The notes under the pieces were generated by a model. The model was not told where the DNA came from. It did not search any database and worked only from the letters and a program-made list of their open reading frames with translations. Source: a virus (taxonomy: Duplodnaviria > Caudoviricetes). Taken from it: 39,367 nucleotides of DNA. The first letter of the stretch is position 1, and the number at the start of each line of letters is the position of its first letter. The DNA lies in the IMG/VR virus record IMGVR_UViG_3300016649_000238, positions 1 through 39,367 of that record; one strand, 5' to 3'. Positions 27,050 to 34,605 of the stretch are shown piece by piece. The position numbers and the translations under genes are program-made.

Positions 27050-27302
27050 GAGGTTGCTCCTTCACCCGGTCATAATCCCAGCCTTTAACCTGAGTTGGCT
27101 CGCCTGCTAATTTATGCGGGAACCTGCGCTTGAACTTTTGCAGTCCACAGTAGACGAACGAGTCGCCATTCTTGAACAACACTGAGTACCCTCGTGCAAC
27201 AGGAACTACATTGATCACATGCACATAGAATTCTTCCGGGTCGTTCATGTTTCCGGCGTATTTGTGCCTAACCATGTCGTCATGCTCATGATATCTGCTC
27301 AT
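27042..27302 (-). CDS. Hypothetical protein
   Basis: 86 aa; ATGA overlap with upstream gene. Confidence 0.6.
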   Translation of the reverse strand: MSRYHEHDDMVRHKYAGNMNDPEEFYVHVINVVPVARGYSVLFKNGDSFVYCGLQKFKRRFPHKLAGEPTQVKGWDYDRVKEQPHD

Positions 27303-27946
27303 CCCTTCCTCCCAGCGCGCAGATGTTCGAACTCAATCACCCAGACCCACGGGTTAGAAAACCAATTTTCGTCGCCGTAAATGGATTGCCATAAGTAAGC
27401 GAAAGCATCGGTAGCATCAGGTTTAGGGTGTTCACATCCGCATGGCTCGCTTTCACCACAGTTAAGGCAGCCGCCGTCAGTAATCCCTTCCGCTCTCGCA
27501 TCCTGTTCGCTGATGGAGTTCAACCGCTCAACGCGAACGCCGGTGATCAGCAGGTCAATGCGTGATGCCCAGCGCGGCATGTGTATGGATGGCGTCCAGC
27601 GCCCATAGTTATAAATCGTTGGGTTGTACGCCGCTGGCGCAAGTTTCACCAGTTGCTGACCGTCTCGGTACGCGATGTTCCACAAAGTTTCCCGCGGTGG
27701 CGCCGACTGCATTTCCAGTGGTGCCGGTAATATGGCCTCGCGAACCCAAAGCTGATCGCCTGGCCAGAGCGGGCAGTTGCGGTAATCACCAGCTTTAACC
27801 TCACCGGCCAATTCATTACCGGCAAGCTCACAACCCATATTCACATCGCGAAGCGGGAATTTAACCATCCGCCGCGTCTGCGTTTTGCGACCGCTGAGAA
27901 TGGCTTTAACCATCTCAGCGTTGAATAAAATAGGACGTTCTTTCAT
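27299..27946 (-). CDS. ASCH/PUA-like phage protein
   Basis: MKERPILFNAEMV.AILSGRKTQTRR, WTPSIHMPRWASRI, NPWVWVIEF motifs. Confidence 0.8.
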   Translation of the reverse strand: MKERPILFNAEMVKAILSGRKTQTRRMVKFPLRDVNMGCELAGNELAGEVKAGDYRNCPLWPGDQLWVREAILPAPLEMQSAPPRETLWNIAYRDGQQLVKLAPAAYNPTIYNYGRWTPSIHMPRWASRIDLLITGVRVERLNSISEQDARAEGITDGGCLNCGESEPCGCEHPKPDATDAFAYLWQSIYGDENWFSNPWVWVIEFEHLRAGRKG

Positions 27947-27949
27947 AAA

Positions 27950-28209
27950 TTACCGCCGTAAATCGATTTGATATTCGGAGCAGAAATCCAGCACAAACTG
28001 GCATTCCGCCGGGCTTTCGGTTTCATTCACCACGTCGCAACCACCAGCGTGTAAGCATGTGCAGTTCTGGCAACCTACGCGGTTATCGAAACAGGTTTTA
28101 GCATGTGATAGCCGTTGCACCGGCCACCGCTGAACCGGTGCGGAAAGTCATAAGCCGGGCAACAGCAGGTAACCTGCCTGCCATCCCAATATGCTTTTCC
28201 GCTGACCAT
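27950..28209 (-). pseudogene. Cys-rich small gene interrupted by an apparent 1-nt deletion
   Basis: 260 nt from TAATG-coupled start to TAA 3 nt before next ATG; two Cys-rich halves in adjacent frames. Confidence 0.6.
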
Positions 28210-28397
28210 TAATCGGTACCCGCATTTCTTCTGGGTTGGGATTGCTGACCAGTAACCTGCTCCCAGGCCTTATCCATAAACTCCCGGCTGAAATCCATTT
28301 CAGGTGCCTGAACGAAAGCGATGTAAGCCTCTTCCTGACAGTTAGTGCAGTAGCCAGAACGGATGGCGCAGCCGCAGTTTTCACAGTGTCTGCTCAT
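28209..28397 (-). CDS. Small Zn-ribbon protein
   Basis: CENC...CTNC; coupled to both neighbours. Confidence 0.65.
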   Translation of the reverse strand: MSRHCENCGCAIRSGYCTNCQEEAYIAFVQAPEMDFSREFMDKAWEQVTGQQSQPRRNAGTD

Positions 28398-28816
28398 AGG
28401 GCCTCCGGTTTAGCGGTGCTGGCAGGAAAAACCGTGTCTATCATCTGATCAGCAAATTTCGTGCTCGGGACCTCTCTACTTTCCTTGGCTTCATTCCAAA
28501 CCACATCCACCAATTTACGCAGCATCGAACGATCCGGAATTACCGGAATGTTCACTGGTGGTGTGCTGTATAGATAAAAAGGCCAGCTCCCGATCCAATG
28601 CATAACTTTTTGAACTTGAACTTCGCGGTTATCAAAAAAGCAAATAGCCGAACCGTCTTCGCACATTGCACCGATCGGCTTTACCGCCAAGACCATTACC
28701 GCCAGTTCCATCGCCTGCAGGTAGTTTTCCTGTGAGATCGTTATGTCACCAGTGGCGGCTTTACCTTTCAGGAATTCGAGCAGTTCCTGTGCCTTTTCGA
28801 GGGTTAGCTTTTTCAT
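28394..28816 (-). CDS. Hypothetical protein (nin/ea-type region)
   Basis: 140 aa; ATGA overlaps. Confidence 0.65.
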   Translation of the reverse strand: MKKLTLEKAQELLEFLKGKAATGDITISQENYLQAMELAVMVLAVKPIGAMCEDGSAICFFDNREVQVQKVMHWIGSWPFYLYSTPPVNIPVIPDRSMLRKLVDVVWNEAKESREVPSTKFADQMIDTVFPASTAKPEAL

Positions 28817-29244
28817 GCTTTGCTCTCCGCTGCCAGGTGACGCATGATTTCTGATTCAGTCGGGAGCGGGGACGCTGCACACTTCATGTAAAGCGACTTG
28901 CGGGCTGGGGTTCCGCGTTTAAGTAGGTGATTCACTGAGTCTTCTGACATGCAGAGTGCTCGAGCAATCTCCCGATCGGTTTTACCGGACAGGTGCAGTT
29001 GATAAATACCGGTGACAACGCGCTTGCCGTAAGAAATTCTGTTGCCGATTTTCACGACAACTCCAGAGGCTTTAGCCGCCTCGGTGACCGGTATCGGTTT
29101 TACGGGTGCGGACGCCGGGACGCGGCTACGCGCACGTGCGGCGCAGTTCCAGCTATCGATGATAGTTGCGGTGTAATCACAGCCGTCATCCTGCAGGGGG
29201 CGAACCTCGCGGATGTATTTATTTGCTTCAGAGATGGTGTTCAT
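28813..29244 (-). CDS. Hypothetical protein with possible C-terminal HTH
   Basis: GKTDREIARALCMSEDSVNHLL; start inside the GAGGAATGACCAATG motif. Confidence 0.7.
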   Translation of the reverse strand: MNTISEANKYIREVRPLQDDGCDYTATIIDSWNCAARARSRVPASAPVKPIPVTEAAKASGVVVKIGNRISYGKRVVTGIYQLHLSGKTDREIARALCMSEDSVNHLLKRGTPARKSLYMKCAASPLPTESEIMRHLAAESKA

Positions 29245-29247
29245 TGG

Positions 29248-29385
29248 TCATTCCTCGCTGTTTAACATTTTTGACTTCGCTAACATCTGGCGACCGGCTG
29301 GCGTTTGCAGCAGCAGGCATTCCAGTTCTTCATCCGGCTCGACAGGCCAACAGGCATCGTCGTCCGGTTCGTACTCACTCGACAT
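29248..29385 (-). CDS. Small acidic hypothetical protein
   Basis: 45 aa from ATG 29385; stop TGA lies inside the repeated motif. Confidence 0.45.
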   Translation of the reverse strand: MSSEYEPDDDACWPVEPDEELECLLLQTPAGRQMLAKSKMLNSEE

Positions 29386-30028
29386 AGCGTTTCCCTGCTG
29401 CCATCTGCATAGCTGGTGTCGGGCCTGCTGGTGCCTTTGGTGCGGCAATCTGGCGGCGGATAGGTGGTACAGAAAAACCCGATGCTAATTTCTTCTCCCA
29501 GCGCGCCAGCTTCACACCGGCCAGCCTGTCCATTTCAGGCTGTGTCAGGCGGCGTTCTATGCCCTCGCGACGCATCTCGACGCAGATGTGATACAAAATC
29601 GGATGGCGCCACGGGAATTGTTCGGACGTGCCATAGCGCCATGACTCGGACTTCCAGCGCTTGTATTCGGCGATAACATCGCTAACCGTAAGCCCGACCA
29701 GACCACCGCCGACCTCGGCAACCAGCGCGATGAACTCGGCAAAGTCTGGCGGCCACGTACTGCCAGCCTCGCAGCGCTCAATGCAGGCGTTGCAAACTCG
29801 AGTGATCTGGTCACTGGTCATAGCCCCAATCTGTTTCTCCCAGAGGTCCGAGGGACGATTGCCATTCTTGGCTATCCACCGGGTGCTGTAGATTTTGATC
29901 ATGAGTTCCCACAGGCGCCACGCCGGTGTGTCCGCGCTCTCTGGCCCACTGTTCGCGACCAGCTCGTAATTGCCGCTCGGCAATGGATTCGCCGTTGTTG
30001 CCGATGGTGTTTGAGATGTTTTTTGCAT
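29375..30028 (-). CDS. Replication protein P-like (helicase loader); start uncertain
   Basis: WPPDFAEF and WRHPILYHIC motifs; directly after initiator. Confidence 0.72.
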   Translation of the reverse strand: MQKTSQTPSATTANPLPSGNYELVANSGPESADTPAWRLWELMIKIYSTRWIAKNGNRPSDLWEKQIGAMTSDQITRVCNACIERCEAGSTWPPDFAEFIALVAEVGGGLVGLTVSDVIAEYKRWKSESWRYGTSEQFPWRHPILYHICVEMRREGIERRLTQPEMDRLAGVKLARWEKKLASGFSVPPIRRQIAAPKAPAGPTPAMQMAAGKRYVE

Positions 30029-30815
30029 GGTTCAATCCCCCGGGGTTTACCTGCCAGTCGTTTTCAAAGGCACGCTCTTTGCCGTAAAACCGCTGTGCCT
30101 GCATCACGAATTCGGTACCGGCCTGACCGCGCATCTCGCAGTACTGCCGATATCTCCGCGTCCCTTCGAGCATTGCCTCCTCGCTCACCCCTTCAAGCTT
30201 TCTGGCCTTCCAGCAGGAGTGGGCTTTGTTTTTCGGATTTGCACCCTCGCGTTTTGGGTATTCATGCCAGAGGGTTTCGAATTCCTCAGGGTAAGAACCC
30301 GCTGCGTTTTTCTTCGTTGGGGGCTGGGTTTTTCCAGCACCCGACAAAGGGGTTTTATCTTTTAGTTCTTTATCTTCTTCTAACTCTTCCTCTGGTAACG
30401 CGTTTCGATACGCACCTGTAACGCTACCTGCGTTACATTCAGCGTTACTATTGCGTTTCTTATCGCGCATTTTTGTAACGCGACTATTTGTAAGTGCCCG
30501 TTTTTTCGATGTTTCTCCGTTGTGCCGTTCGTGGTTAGGGAAAAACAACCTCCCGCCCTCTTCTGCCAGCCAACCCACATCGATAAGCGCATTTGCAAAA
30601 CCTGACACGCAAGTGACGCGATCAAGTACCGAACGTGTAACGCTCGCAGCGTTACCTTTTGCGTTACCGTCTATCGTTTGTTGGTCGGCCCAAGCCCAGA
30701 CACGGATCATCTTTCCGAGAACAGCATCAGGGTCGATATTCAAAATCTCAGCCATTTGGAAAATCTCCGGCTTATCCGGCGTAATGACTTCAATCTTTAT
30801 CCAACTACTTGCCAT
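29811..30815 (-). CDS. Replication initiator (O-like)
   Basis: WIKIEVITPDKPE N-terminus; FETLWHEYPKR C-domain; internal iterons. Confidence 0.8.
   Translation of the reverse strand: MASSWIKIEVITPDKPEIFQMAEILNIDPDAVLGKMIRVWAWADQQTIDGNAKGNAASVTRSVLDRVTCVSGFANALIDVGWLAEEGGRLFFPNHERHNGETSKKRALTNSRVTKMRDKKRNSNAECNAGSVTGAYRNALPEEELEEDKELKDKTPLSGAGKTQPPTKKNAAGSYPEEFETLWHEYPKREGANPKNKAHSCWKARKLEGVSEEAMLEGTRRYRQYCEMRGQAGTEFVMQAQRFYGKERAFENDWQVNPGGLNHAKNISNTIGNNGESIAERQLRAGREQWARERGHTGVAPVGTHDQNLQHPVDSQEWQSSLGPLGETDWGYDQ
30351..30667. repeat. Probable replication origin: 8 copies of GTAACGC/GCGTTAC plus adjacent pyrimidine/AT-rich tract
   Basis: Copies start at 30395, 30418, 30430, 30442, 30475, 30637, 30649, 30661; T/C-rich tract about 30351-30392. 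Confidence 0.75.
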
Positions 30816-30817
30816 GC

Positions 30818-30991
30818 TTACCAGCCTTGCCTTGCGGCAACTTGCTCAAATGCCCGGTGCTGACGCTCCAGTGATAACTGTCTTTCTGCGCGCTCGGCTG
30901 CAAACTTGCGAACCAGCATGCGCAGATATGTTTTGGTGATCGGCATGTCGTCGTACCGGAACTGGCCGTCAGAAAAGCGTAAAGTTTTCAT
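30818..30991 (-). CDS. Small hypothetical protein (57 aa, absent from ORF track)
   Basis: MKTLRFSDGQFRYDDMPITK...QGW*; ATGA overlap upstream, stop 2 nt before initiator ATG. Confidence 0.6.
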   Translation of the reverse strand: MKTLRFSDGQFRYDDMPITKTYLRMLVRKFAAERAERQLSLERQHRAFEQVAARQGW

Positions 30992-31224
30992 CTGCGCCCC
31001 CTGCCCTGATTACGTTTTATATCCGGCGCGCCCTTGATCCGCTTTGTGGACTTCAGGAACGTTTTGGCGTGGGCAATGCTGCTGGCTACTGTCGCGTTCG
31101 CTGTATCGCAGTAGTGATCAGCGCCGCGCATTGCCAGCGTTAGTGCGATGCCCTTCTCGACGCCTTCACGCACGAAATGCGCGTTAATCTGCTGCTGGAT
31201 CTGTTCTCTTGAAAATTTGGCCAT
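30988..31224 (-). CDS. Hypothetical protein
   Basis: 78 aa; start inside the repeated SD motif. Confidence 0.7.
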   Translation of the reverse strand: MAKFSREQIQQQINAHFVREGVEKGIALTLAMRGADHYCDTANATVASSIAHAKTFLKSTKRIKGAPDIKRNQGRGRR

Positions 31225-31240
31225 TGGTCATTCCTCGCTG

Positions 31241-31705
31241 TTAATGCAATAAACCGCGCGCGCTCAGTTGTAGCGACGCGTAAGCCCTCTCCCAGGCTTC
31301 ACAATCGGAATCAAAATCAGATAACGGAGCACGAAGAAGAACTGAGCTGATTAGCCTCTGGTTCGCCTTCATTGCCAGCGTCGCCAAATACTCGACTGAA
31401 TTACCGGCAATAAGGCTGGCGCGCAGTTCTGCCGGAAGTGCGGAAAGGATCGCCGGTAACAACTGCTGAATGTTCTGAACGGCGCGTGGGCGGTCGCTAT
31501 CAAGCCAGCGATAAATCTGCTGCTTGTTGTTGTGCAACGCGGCGTAATCAACAGTGCCGTCGCTGTGCTCGACGATTTGCAGGATTGGTGAATGCAGACC
31601 GAGATCGAAATACGCTTTCGTTATTTTTATCGCGACCTGGCTTTGTGAGACTTCACTCGCCCAATTGCGTAGCGCGTCTCGGATGTGGTTGTGCTTGATT
31701 TCCAT
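31241..31705 (-). CDS. CII-position regulator, YdaT/YdfX-like
   Basis: MEIKHNHI..., NNKQQIYRWLD, LLPAILSALP; follows cro. Confidence 0.8.
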   Translation of the reverse strand: MEIKHNHIRDALRNWASEVSQSQVAIKITKAYFDLGLHSPILQIVEHSDGTVDYAALHNNKQQIYRWLDSDRPRAVQNIQQLLPAILSALPAELRASLIAGNSVEYLATLAMKANQRLISSVLLRAPLSDFDSDCEAWERAYASLQLSARGLLH

Positions 31706-31715
31706 AAATCAGCTC

Positions 31716-31973
31716 TTATGGTTTTGTTGGGGTAGATTGATAACGATGGGAAGCAGTTTTCTGATTCACTTCGCCACTTAGCCTTGCTTTACGGTGCGCG
31801 TCATAAACTGCTGAGTCATAAATCAGAGCGCCGCCTGATGCTTCAACAAGCCGAGATGCTCGACCTTCAGGAACAAGGTCACCCCATACGGAAACTGAAG
31901 ATGGTTTTACGCCTGCTGCTTTAGCCAACTTGGTCTTGTTGCCGAAAAATTTCACTGCGTCGATTTTGAGCAT
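31716..31973 (-). CDS. dicC: Cro-like regulator, DicC homologue
   Basis: FG.KTKLA.AAG...GDLVPEGRA.RL.EASGG.L.YD closely resembles Qin DicC. Confidence 0.88.
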   Translation of the reverse strand: MLKIDAVKFFGNKTKLAKAAGVKPSSVSVWGDLVPEGRASRLVEASGGALIYDSAVYDAHRKARLSGEVNQKTASHRYQSTPTKP

Positions 31974-31986
31974 TTTGAGCTCCTCC

Positions 31987-32051
31987 TTAGGTTTTCTTAA
32001 GAAGATTAGATCGTAAAGAAACCTAAGTAAAGAGAATTTAGAATTACCTAA
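31987..32051. promoter_or_regulatory. OR-like operator and divergent promoters
   Basis: TTAGGT-containing operators at 31987, 32014, 32037; minus TTTACT-17bp-TAATCT; plus TAGAAT 8 nt before repressor ATG. Confidence 0.65.
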
Positions 32052-32052
32052 T

Positions 32053-32457
32053 ATGGAAAATGAAACTTTTGGTGCTCGTCTCTTACGCAGACGAAAAGAA
32101 TTAAAATTCTCACAGGCGGCTCTTGGAAAACTCGTCCAAGTGGCTCATGTGACTATTTCACAATGGGAAAGAGATGAGACCCAGCCTGCCGGAAAGCGAC
32201 TTTTTGCGCTTAGTAAAGCGCTACAGTGCAGCCCGACATGGCTGATGTTTGGTGATGACAGCAAGGCGCCAGGCGAACCAATTCCACCCCAGCGCGTGGA
32301 GCTTTCTCCGCAGCATCAGGAGCTAATTGATCTATTTGATTCGCTCCCATCGTCAGAACAAGAGGAGCAGTTGAAGGTGTTACGCTCTCACGTAGAGAGA
32401 AATAATCGTCTTTTTGAGGAGCTTTTACAGGCGCGCAAGCGAACTCAGAAAAAATAG
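32053..32457 (+). CDS. dicA: Prophage repressor, DicA homologue (HTH, no peptidase domain)
   Basis: HVTISQWER, LFALSK.LQCSPTW.MFGD, LFEELL.AR.RT closely resemble Qin DicA; only 134 aa. Confidence 0.9.
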   Translation: MENETFGARLLRRRKELKFSQAALGKLVQVAHVTISQWERDETQPAGKRLFALSKALQCSPTWLMFGDDSKAPGEPIPPQRVELSPQHQELIDLFDSLPSSEQEEQLKVLRSHVERNNRLFEELLQARKRTQKK

Positions 32458-32564
32458 CCCCTCATTTCCTTCGCATTCGATTTTCTTCTTCATTCAGCAA
32501 TCAAACCGCCACAGAAATTTAAACTCATTTAAAACAATGTGTTGGGTTTTTGGTGCCTAAAATA

Positions 32565-32617
32565 TTAGGTTTTTCTACAAAATAGTAATTGCCAATTTCA
32601 TTAGGTTATTCTAAATT
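32565..32617 (+). promoter_or_regulatory. OL/pL-like operator-promoter
   Basis: TTAGGTTTTTCTAC (32565) and TTAGGTTATTCTAAA (32601); TTGCCA-17bp-TAAATT at 32589-32617. Confidence 0.7.
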
Positions 32618-32716
32618 ACATCCATCGACGGCACAGCAGCCTCGGGGTAACAGTTCTGACGGCGTGAAAGAACGCGAGGTATGACCAACGGCAGTTTCAC
32701 TTACGGGGATTTGATA

Positions 32717-33151
32717 ATGAGCATTGTAAAATTCAAAGATTTACCAGGCATCATTCAGGATAAAGCTGTTGAAACCTTGTCTGCGTTGATTATCCAAGGC
32801 GGCACCCAAACTTTACGAAGTGGCGCGGGAGGGGCCGATAGCATTGGTGTAGCGCTGGCATTGAAAGTACGAGAGGCGTTTATCTCTCTTTACGCAGGCC
32901 CAGTAGATGGTGTCTCCAAAAATGAAAATCAGGTTTCAGCTTTTTTCATTCAGCTCGATAAAGCTGAAATTCAATCTGGCGTAAGCCGTGTTAAATGGGC
33001 TGAGGGGCTTATCCGGCAGCTTCCAGAAAGTCATGACGGGCGCAATAGCTGGTTGTTGAATTACGGCTCTCAAAATAATGAAGCCTCGACTGAACGGGCA
33101 ATAATCGAGGCATTAAAAAAAGCCGAATCAGTTATGCGCTCTGGTTCATGA
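32717..33151 (+). CDS. First gene of early-left operon, hypothetical (alternative start 32681)
   Basis: MSIVKFKDLP; GGGGA upstream. Confidence 0.65.
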   Translation: MSIVKFKDLPGIIQDKAVETLSALIIQGGTQTLRSGAGGADSIGVALALKVREAFISLYAGPVDGVSKNENQVSAFFIQLDKAEIQSGVSRVKWAEGLIRQLPESHDGRNSWLLNYGSQNNEASTERAIIEALKKAESVMRSGS

Positions 33152-33361
33152 TTTGAACATTACAGCTCCTTTTATTTGACTGAGAATTTCAGGATCTATA
33201 TTTGAGTCTTCTTCTAAAAACTTGAGTGTGAAGTGCAAATTTGCATCAAATAATTTTCGTTGCTCAGGTGTAAGAACGGCTACAAGAGCCCGCAGAATAA
33301 TGAAGTCTGAATAGTGCCTGACATCATGGCTGTATGGCGGTAACTGAAAGTCTTGAGACAT
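33146..33361 (-). CDS. Small gene antisense to early-left operon
   Basis: 71 aa; AAGGA SD upstream; AT-rich. Confidence 0.55.
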   Translation of the reverse strand: MSQDFQLPPYSHDVRHYSDFIILRALVAVLTPEQRKLFDANLHFTLKFLEEDSNIDPEILSQIKGAVMFKS

Positions 33362-33432
33362 GGTTTTTCCTTTCTTGGTTGTGTGAGAGCTCCAAGAATA
33401 CCACTGAGCCTGATGTGGTTAAAAGACAGGCA

Positions 33433-33525
33433 CACAACAGGTAAGAGCATTGGAAATGGGTTTCACTGTGAGCGGTTCGAAACGCACCTGAGAATTACAC
33501 AGTAGCCAGTGCTCTTTCCGTTGTG
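33433..33525 (+). other. Lambdoid-type long leader stem (probable RNase III site)
   Basis: CACAAC-aggt-AAGAGCATTGG pairs with CCAGTGCTCTT-tcc-GTTGTG. Confidence 0.7.
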
Positions 33526-33633
33526 GTGGCAAAGGGTTGAAGGGTTTGCCTCGTGAAAGAACGGTCGTAAAAACGACGCCGGAGCGTAACCGGCGAAAAG
33601 CCACCACAACAATTTAATCTCACCGGAGGATAT

Positions 33634-33723
33634 ATGAGCTATCGCGGCAAGGCATTCTTATTAGTTTTGACGGTCGGAATTCTATTCTGGGTTGGCGTGT
33701 TTTATCTGGTATCTATTATTTAA
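33634..33723 (+). CDS. 29-aa single-TM peptide (absent from ORF track)
   Basis: GGAGGA SD; MSYRGKAFLLVLTVGILFWVGVFYLVSII*. Confidence 0.6.
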   Translation: MSYRGKAFLLVLTVGILFWVGVFYLVSII

Positions 33724-33748
33724 GTCTTCAATTATTGAGGTTTTAATC

Positions 33749-33904
33749 ATGCAAATAAAATTGATTTTAACCAACTCTGAATTTCAAGAAACTGAACTTG
33801 ACGAGTATGATTTAAAAGAAGCGATTAAAGACCTCGTTGATTCATGGATTTATTTTAGTGAAATTAATGTTGATTTGGAAATATATAATATCAAGCAAGC
33901 GTAA
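33749..33904 (+). CDS. 51-aa acidic protein
   Basis: GAGG SD; 12 D/E versus 4 K. Confidence 0.6.
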   Translation: MQIKLILTNSEFQETELDEYDLKEAIKDLVDSWIYFSEINVDLEIYNIKQA

Positions 33905-33912
33905 CAACTTTA

Positions 33913-34006
33913 TTTAAGCGGGCTTTAAAATGGCGTGAATTGCAGCGTGAAAAAGCGCAACTGCGAAGATCAGCACCGCAGCACGCCAACTTAAAGCCTA
34001 CTTAAA
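33913..34006 (+). ncRNA. Three-way-junction structured RNA on a long stem
   Basis: TTTAAGCGGGCTTTAA/TTAAAGCCTACTTAAA, then TGGCGTG/CACGCCA enclosing two hairpins. Confidence 0.55.
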
Positions 34007-34052
34007 ATATGCAGGCAGTAATCACATCCATTAATTATGCGAGGAATGACCA

Positions 34053-34349
34053 ATGATTATCGAAGCACACATTACCGGAAATGACATCATCGAAGGCATC
34101 ACTGAGTTATCTGAAAAAGGTAACGTCATTGGCTACTTGGTTGAACCTAACAAGCGCCAGGATTCAACCTCAATCGTCACTCCTGACGGCAAGACCCTCG
34201 GTGAGTATTGTTGCTCTGGCCATGCGGTTAAGGCTGCGTTTATGCATGCTCATGACCTGAAGGAAAGTCAGGCAGAGGAAAGCGCCACGAAATACTCGGC
34301 AGCTGATTTATTGCTGGCGTCACTTCTGAGCAGCATGCGCCGTCATTGA
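34053..34349 (+). CDS. Hypothetical protein
   Basis: 98 aa; start inside the repeated SD motif. Confidence 0.7.
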   Translation: MIIEAHITGNDIIEGITELSEKGNVIGYLVEPNKRQDSTSIVTPDGKTLGEYCCSGHAVKAAFMHAHDLKESQAEESATKYSAADLLLASLLSSMRRH

Positions 34350-34487
34350 TAGATGGCCGATAACCGGCCTTATTGCGATGAGTCCTGCCTTCGGGGCGTT
34401 GACAGGATTCATCTCAATAACTGAAGCGGCGGCGAAAGCTGGCGAGGTATGACCCGCGACCCGGCGATAAGGGTAATCATCAGACGT

Positions 34488-34510
34488 AAAAAAGCCCGCA
34501 CATGGCGGGC
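34488..34510 (-). terminator. Rho-independent terminator of the predicted sRNA
   Basis: GCCCGC-catgt-GCGGGC followed by T6, opposite to operon direction. Confidence 0.75.
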
Positions 34511-34599
34511 AATTCTACCGGCTTAACGTCCCGGTGACGGCGAGTTCAGCGACCAAACCGAACTCAGCGAGGTATGACCAATGGCTTCCACCACTGGAC
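34488..34599 (-). ncRNA. Predicted ~112-nt antisense sRNA
   Basis: TTGCAT-18bp-TATAAT promoter, multi-branch fold with minus-strand-specific G.U pairs, intrinsic terminator. Confidence 0.65.
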
Positions 34600-34605
34600 G
34601 CCGTG

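Noticed and set aside
32620-33700. Lambda-type N gene and nut sites
   Set aside because: No Arg-rich N-like ORF and no boxA CGCTCTT paired with boxB; the GCTCTT at 33511 is part of the long stem.
34488-34599. tRNA gene
   Set aside because: Multi-branch fold, but no T-loop/D-loop consensus, no 7-nt anticodon loop and no CCA end.
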